From Macrostomum hystrix (taxonomy: Eukaryota; Animalia; Platyhelminthes), in assembly GCA_950097015.1 (NCBI GenBank), contig CATNEN010000002.1, positions 3,844,001-3,908,000 of the forward strand: 64,000 bases of DNA, read 5' to 3'. Numbering within the stretch: the first letter of the stretch is position 1; each line of letters starts with the position of its first letter. Made by a program: the position numbers and the translations under genes. Under the pieces are notes generated by a model. It made no database searches. It was not told the origin of the DNA and saw only the letters and a program-made list of their open reading frames with translations. Shown piece after piece: positions 58,869 through 64,000 of this stretch.

Positions 58869-61060
58869 GGGGGTACATTTACGGATTCATCAGTGGTTAC
58901 ACTGAGTTGAATATATACTGCTTATAGTTGACTATCTGAACTGTTGAAGTGGGGGTACATTTACGGATTCATCAGTGGTTACACTGAGTTGAATATATAC
59001 GGCTTATAGTTGACTATCTGAACTGTTGAAGTGGGGGTACATTTACGGATTCATCAGTGGTTACACTGAGTTGAATATATACTGCTTATAGTTGACTATC
59101 TGAACTGTTGAAGTGGGGGTACATTTACGGATTCATCAGTGGTTACACTGAGTTGAATATATACGGCTTATAGTTGACTATCTGAACTGTTGAAGTGGGG
59201 GTACATTTACGGATTCATCAGTGGTTACACTGAGTTGAATATATACGGCTTATAGTTGACTATCTGAACTGTTGAAGTGGGGGTACATTTACGGATTCAT
59301 CAGTGGTTACACTGAGTTGAATATATACGGCTTATAGTTGACTATCTGAACTGTTGAAGTGGGGGTACATTTACGGATTCATCAGTGGTTACACTGAGTT
59401 GAATATATACTGCTTATAGTTGACTATCTGAACTGTTGAAGTGAGGGTACATTTACGGATTCATCAGTGGTTACACTGAGTTGAATATATACTGCTTATA
59501 GTTGACTATCTGAACTGTTGAAGTGGGGGTACATTTACGGATTCATCAGTGGTTACACTGAGTTGAATATATACTGCTTATAGTTGACTATCTGAACTGT
59601 TGAAGTGAGGGTACATTTACGGATTCATCAGTGGTTACACTGAGTTGAATATATACTGCTTATAGTTGACTATCTGAACTGTTGAAGTGGGGGTACATTT
59701 ACGGATTCATCAGTGGTTACACTGAGTTGAATATATACGGCTTATAGTTGACTATCTGAACTGTTGAAGTGAGGGTACATTTACGGATTCATCAGTGGTT
59801 ACACTGAGTTGAATATGTACGGCTTATAGTTGACTATCTGAACTGTTGAAGTGGGGGTACATTTACGGATTCATCAGTGGTTACACTGAGTTGAATATAT
59901 ACGGCTTATAGTTGACTATCTGAACTGTTGAAGTGGGGGTACATTTACGGATTCATCAGTGGTTACACTGAGTTGAATATATACTGCTTATAGTTGACTA
60001 TCTGAACTGTTGAAGTGGGGGTACATTTACGGATTCATCAGTGGTTACACTGAGTTGAATATATACTGCTTATAGTTGACTATCTGAACTGTTGAAGTGA
60101 GGGTACATTTACGGATTCATCAGTGGTTACACTGGGTTGAATATATACGGCTTATAGTTGACTATCTGAACTGTTGAAGTGGGGTTACATTTACGGATTC
60201 ATCAGTGGTTACACTGAGTTGAAGATATACTGCTTATAGTTGACTATCTGAACTGTTGAAGTGGGGGTACATTTACGGATTCATCAGTGGTTACACTGAG
60301 TTGAATATATACTGCTTATAGTTGACTATCTGAACTGTTGAAGTGAGGGTACATTTACGGATTCATCAGTGGTTACACTGAGTTGAATATATACGGCTTA
60401 TAGTTGACTATCTGAACTGTTGAAGTGGGGGTACATTTACGGATTCATCAGTGGTTACACTGAGTTGAATATATACGGCTTATAGTTGACTATCTGAACT
60501 GTTGAAGTGAGGGTACATTTACGGATTCATCAGTGGTTACACTGAGTTGAATATATACTGCTTATAGTTGACTATCTGAACTGTTGAAGTGAGGGTACAT
60601 TTACGGATTCATCAGTGGTTACACTGAGTTGAATATATACTGCTTATAGTTGACTATCTGAACTGTTGAAGTGGGGGTACATTTACGGATTCATCAGTGG
60701 TTACACTGAGTTGAATATATACGGCTTATAGTTGACTATCTGAACTGTTGAAGTGAGGGTACATTTACGGATTCATCAGTGGTTACACTGAGTTGAATAT
60801 ATACGGCTTATAGTTGACTATCTGAACTGTTGAAGTGAGGGTACATTTACGGATTCATCAGTGGTTACACTGAGTTGAATATATACGGCTTATAGTTGAC
60901 TATCTGGACTGTTGAAGTGGGGGTACATTTACGGATTCATCAGTGGTTACACTGAGTTGAATATATACGGCTTATAGTTGACCATCTGAACTGTTGAAGC
61001 GGGGGTACATTTACGGATTCATCAGAGGTTACACTGAGTTGAATACATACTGCTTAAATT
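58869..61060. repeat. 82-bp satellite, about 26.7 copies
   Basis: Unit GGGGGTACATTTACGGATTCATCAGTGGTTACACTGAGTTGAATATATACTGCTTATAGTTGACTATCTGAACTGTTGAAGT. The period was measured as 58869 to 58951. Confidence 0.98.
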
Positions 61061-62469
61061 CGACTATCATGACAATTAATTTACACTTGCACTTCAGGAA
61101 ACAGAGTTCTGACAATGGGGCTTTTGGCGTTAAATTCGTATCAGATTGAGATGAGAAATCCACTTCTATACTGACATCCAATTAATCTAATTTTTGCTGA
61201 GATTGAGGTACATGTAGAGCTACTTGTTACGATTGTACTCGATACGTACAGTACATTACCAGCAATCGACCTCAATGCCGTTACTGTTAAAATCTTAAAC
61301 ACGAAACACTTTCTTGTTTTTTCAAAAGTACAGTCGGCTGAACTTGGGTACTTAAGGCATCGGTTTGCTTGCTGTACATATCGAAAATTGATTAATTTTT
61401 TATTAAGTAACAAATTGTACACAAAATTATTTTAATGCTGGAATGGCGATATGTTAAGCATATAATTTCCAAAGAATAACACGTCGTTATATACTATCAA
61501 CCACTTTCATAGTAGGCTTCTCACAGTAGGTGTAACAAAATATGCGCCATTTAAGACTGGCTTTATACGGGATGGTATCGGGCGCATTTCGTAAGCTACT
61601 TATTTATTAGCAAGCAGTAAGACGAAGTACAATTTGTATATTTACTAGCTACTCGTAAATAAGAAAAATGTGCATATTGCAATAACTGCTCAACAGGGGG
61701 TAAGTACAGAGTACACGGACTTGAGAATGCGCAAAATAATATCAAATTAAGGTGAGAAGCATGTATCTTTGCAGTTAGCAACCAGTACTCAGTATTCCAG
61801 CGCTGCATTGGTGGGATGGCAGGCCCGCTAGTCGGCTAGATGGGTAGCTGCAGACAGTGCATAATATGCAATTATCTTCCGTCGTACATTGAGAAACCGC
61901 GCATCGCGAAGGTGGCCGACACTGACGGCCGGCTACGGTTTCTGCTCGTGACAGACAGGCTTCGCCACTGTTTTTGCAAGGCTGCCTCCGAATAATCTAA
62001 ACTGTCGAGTCCAGTTCGCATTTCCTGGCAGGGTGGGAATTGAACTTGAATATAAAATTCAATAAATAAGTCACAAATTTAAGTAATTAAAAGCATCTTT
62101 TACCTGTATTTAAGCCTAAAAGTGCCACTACATCTTTTGGTGCCGAGTGCGATTGTTCTCCAGTCCAGCAGTTGTGCACCACGGAACATAGGGAAAAAAT
62201 GAATGAAAGCAGGAAATTATATTGAGAACACGCAGATTGAGAGCTGAATCGCAAATGATACTAAATCTTAAACTAAAAGTAGCGTTCATTGCTTTGATTT
62301 CTTGATTTACGTACCGGAAACAAGACAAAATAGGTCAACTTTGTGAGAGGGAGTCTACTATAACAGCAAATTTCTGGGTATAAAGAATGTGAATAGATAG
62401 AATAAAATATATGAAGTGATTGGTTCGTGGATATTCAGTACAGAAGGTTGTAAAACACCTAGACTAACT

Positions 62470-64000
62470 AGTAGTGACGTCTTGGCCAGTGCAAAAGATT
62501 GAAACGCGCACTGTTCACTTTCACGCCACGATGAGGCGCGTCACGTTCGTGAAAGAAAAATTTATCTGACAAATGCAGAGGGAAAATGTCAAAGCAATGA
62601 ATGCACATTGACAATCCCAGCATTAGTTTTATGCAGAGGGAAAAATGTCAAAGCAATGAATGCCCATTGACAATCCCAGCATTAGTTTTATGCAGAGGGA
62701 AAAATGTCAAAGCAATGAATGCACATTGACAATCCCAGCATTAGTTTTATGCAGAGGGAAAAATGTCAAAGCAATGAATGCACAGTGACAATCCCAGCAT
62801 TAGTTTTATGCAGAGGGAAAAATGTCAAAGCAATGAATGCCCATTGACAATCCCAGCATTAGTTTTATGCAGAGGGAAAAATGTCAAAGCAATGAATGCC
62901 CATTGACAATCCCAGCATTAGTTTTATGCAGAGGGAAAAATGTCAAAGCAATGAATGCCCATTGACAATCCCAGCATTAGTTTTATGCAGAGGGAAAAAT
63001 GTCAAAGCAATGAATGCCCATTGACAATCCCAGCATTAGTTTTATGCAGAGGGAAAAATGTCAAAGCAATGAATGCCCATTGACAATCCCAGCATTAGTT
63101 TTTTGCAGAGGGAAAAATGTCAAAGCAATGAATGCACATTGACAATCCCAGCATTAGTTTTTTGCAGAGGGAAAAATGTCAAAGCAATGAATGCACATTG
63201 ACAGTCCCAGCATTTTTTTGTGTCAGATAGCAGATACTTAATAGTTAAGTGTTGCATTTTGACTTAAATATTATGAGACTTTTTGGTTTGATGCACTTAG
63301 CTGCTAATATATATTTAACACGCGGTCTCGTCATCATCAGAATCATCTGATGCTGAATTGAATGAGTTATCTAGATCGTCCAGTCGTTCGTTAGAATCAT
63401 TTTTGTCTAAACTGTCAACCGTGGGAGTTAAACTTTGGATTGAGTCTTGGTTGACTGAGAGCATTGCTATAGGGACACTTTCAATTTGCCGGTAAATAAT
63501 CTGAAACAGTCGGTGAAAGTGTGCCGGTAGACCTGGTTGACCTTCTAAAGTTATACAATGCTCTTGAATACGCTTCTGAATATCACGCCATTCATCAAAA
63601 AGAAAGTTTTTTTCCTCATCAAGCCTCTATTTTTTATGACTTACGTCAATGGCGCGTCTACGAAAGCTTCCTGTAAAATCGTTTTTAGCAATTCCGGAAT
63701 AGAAGCTATGCTTAGGGTTTTGAAGTTCTGTAAAAGTTGGTCTATCGTTTTGTGGCATCTATTTGGAATAGAGTTTCTGCATTTCCGAAGTTAGACTAAA
63801 AACTCTACGAGCACAACTTTTTGTTCGACTTTGACCTGTGGAAGTACCAAGTTCTCTAAGCCAATATATTCTTTGAGTGGCAACTGACCTTAAAGAGCCC
63901 AGCGTATCTTCTTCAAGAGAGGCGTGACCCGAAATTGATTCCATATGCCATTGCTGGCCTAAGACCAGAATCTGCTCATCCGATACGTCAAAGCGAGTGT
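62470..64000. mobile_element. Left end and interior of a second copy of the large TIR element, running off the window
   Basis: AGTAGTGACGTCTTGGCC terminus, 100-bp unique segment, and about 11 copies of the 59-bp unit (62573-63212). Next comes a stop-riddled minus-strand ORF ending ...NSASDDSDDDETAC-stop near 63315. Confidence 0.8.

Noticed and set aside
38192-61060. Regular 30-, 32-, 58- and 82-bp arrays as possible CRISPR arrays
   Set aside because: Units are contiguous with no unique spacers, there are no cas genes, and the context is eukaryotic.

Overview
Eukaryotic, intron-rich metazoan DNA with GC-rich exons in a repeat-dense background. The style resembles the flatworm Macrostomum, but that is an unverified inference. 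Host genes that I could reconstruct by hand with in-frame GT-AG junctions are a mitochondrial ClpX (minus, 3.8-13.9 kb), an intronless M13/neprilysin-family peptidase (minus, 21.8-24.1 kb), a RERG/RASL11-like small GTPase with a polyQ tail (minus, 28.2-32.5 kb), tektin-3 (minus, 35.6-39.7 kb) and a small secreted WSC + PAN-like protein (plus, 44.9-46.3 kb). A disrupted SAM-methyltransferase-like gene lies at 55-58 kb. Mobile DNA includes two tRNA-derived SINE families, a deleted Helitron with a nested hAT MITE, a deleted P-like THAP element with an 8-bp TSD, a MULE-type MITE, an unclassified 1.66-kb TIR element, a DUF4806-like ORF, and two facing ends of an unclassified large element whose TIRs carry 58-bp arrays. 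At least ten distinct tandem arrays are present. The most interesting signals are a 32-copy satellite born inside a SINE, the array-bearing TIR element, a ClpX start codon apparently split by a 4.7-kb intron, an M13 peptidase lacking its third zinc ligand, and a P-like deletion derivative that could splice to a THAP-only peptide. No database searches were run; family names come from motif recognition.
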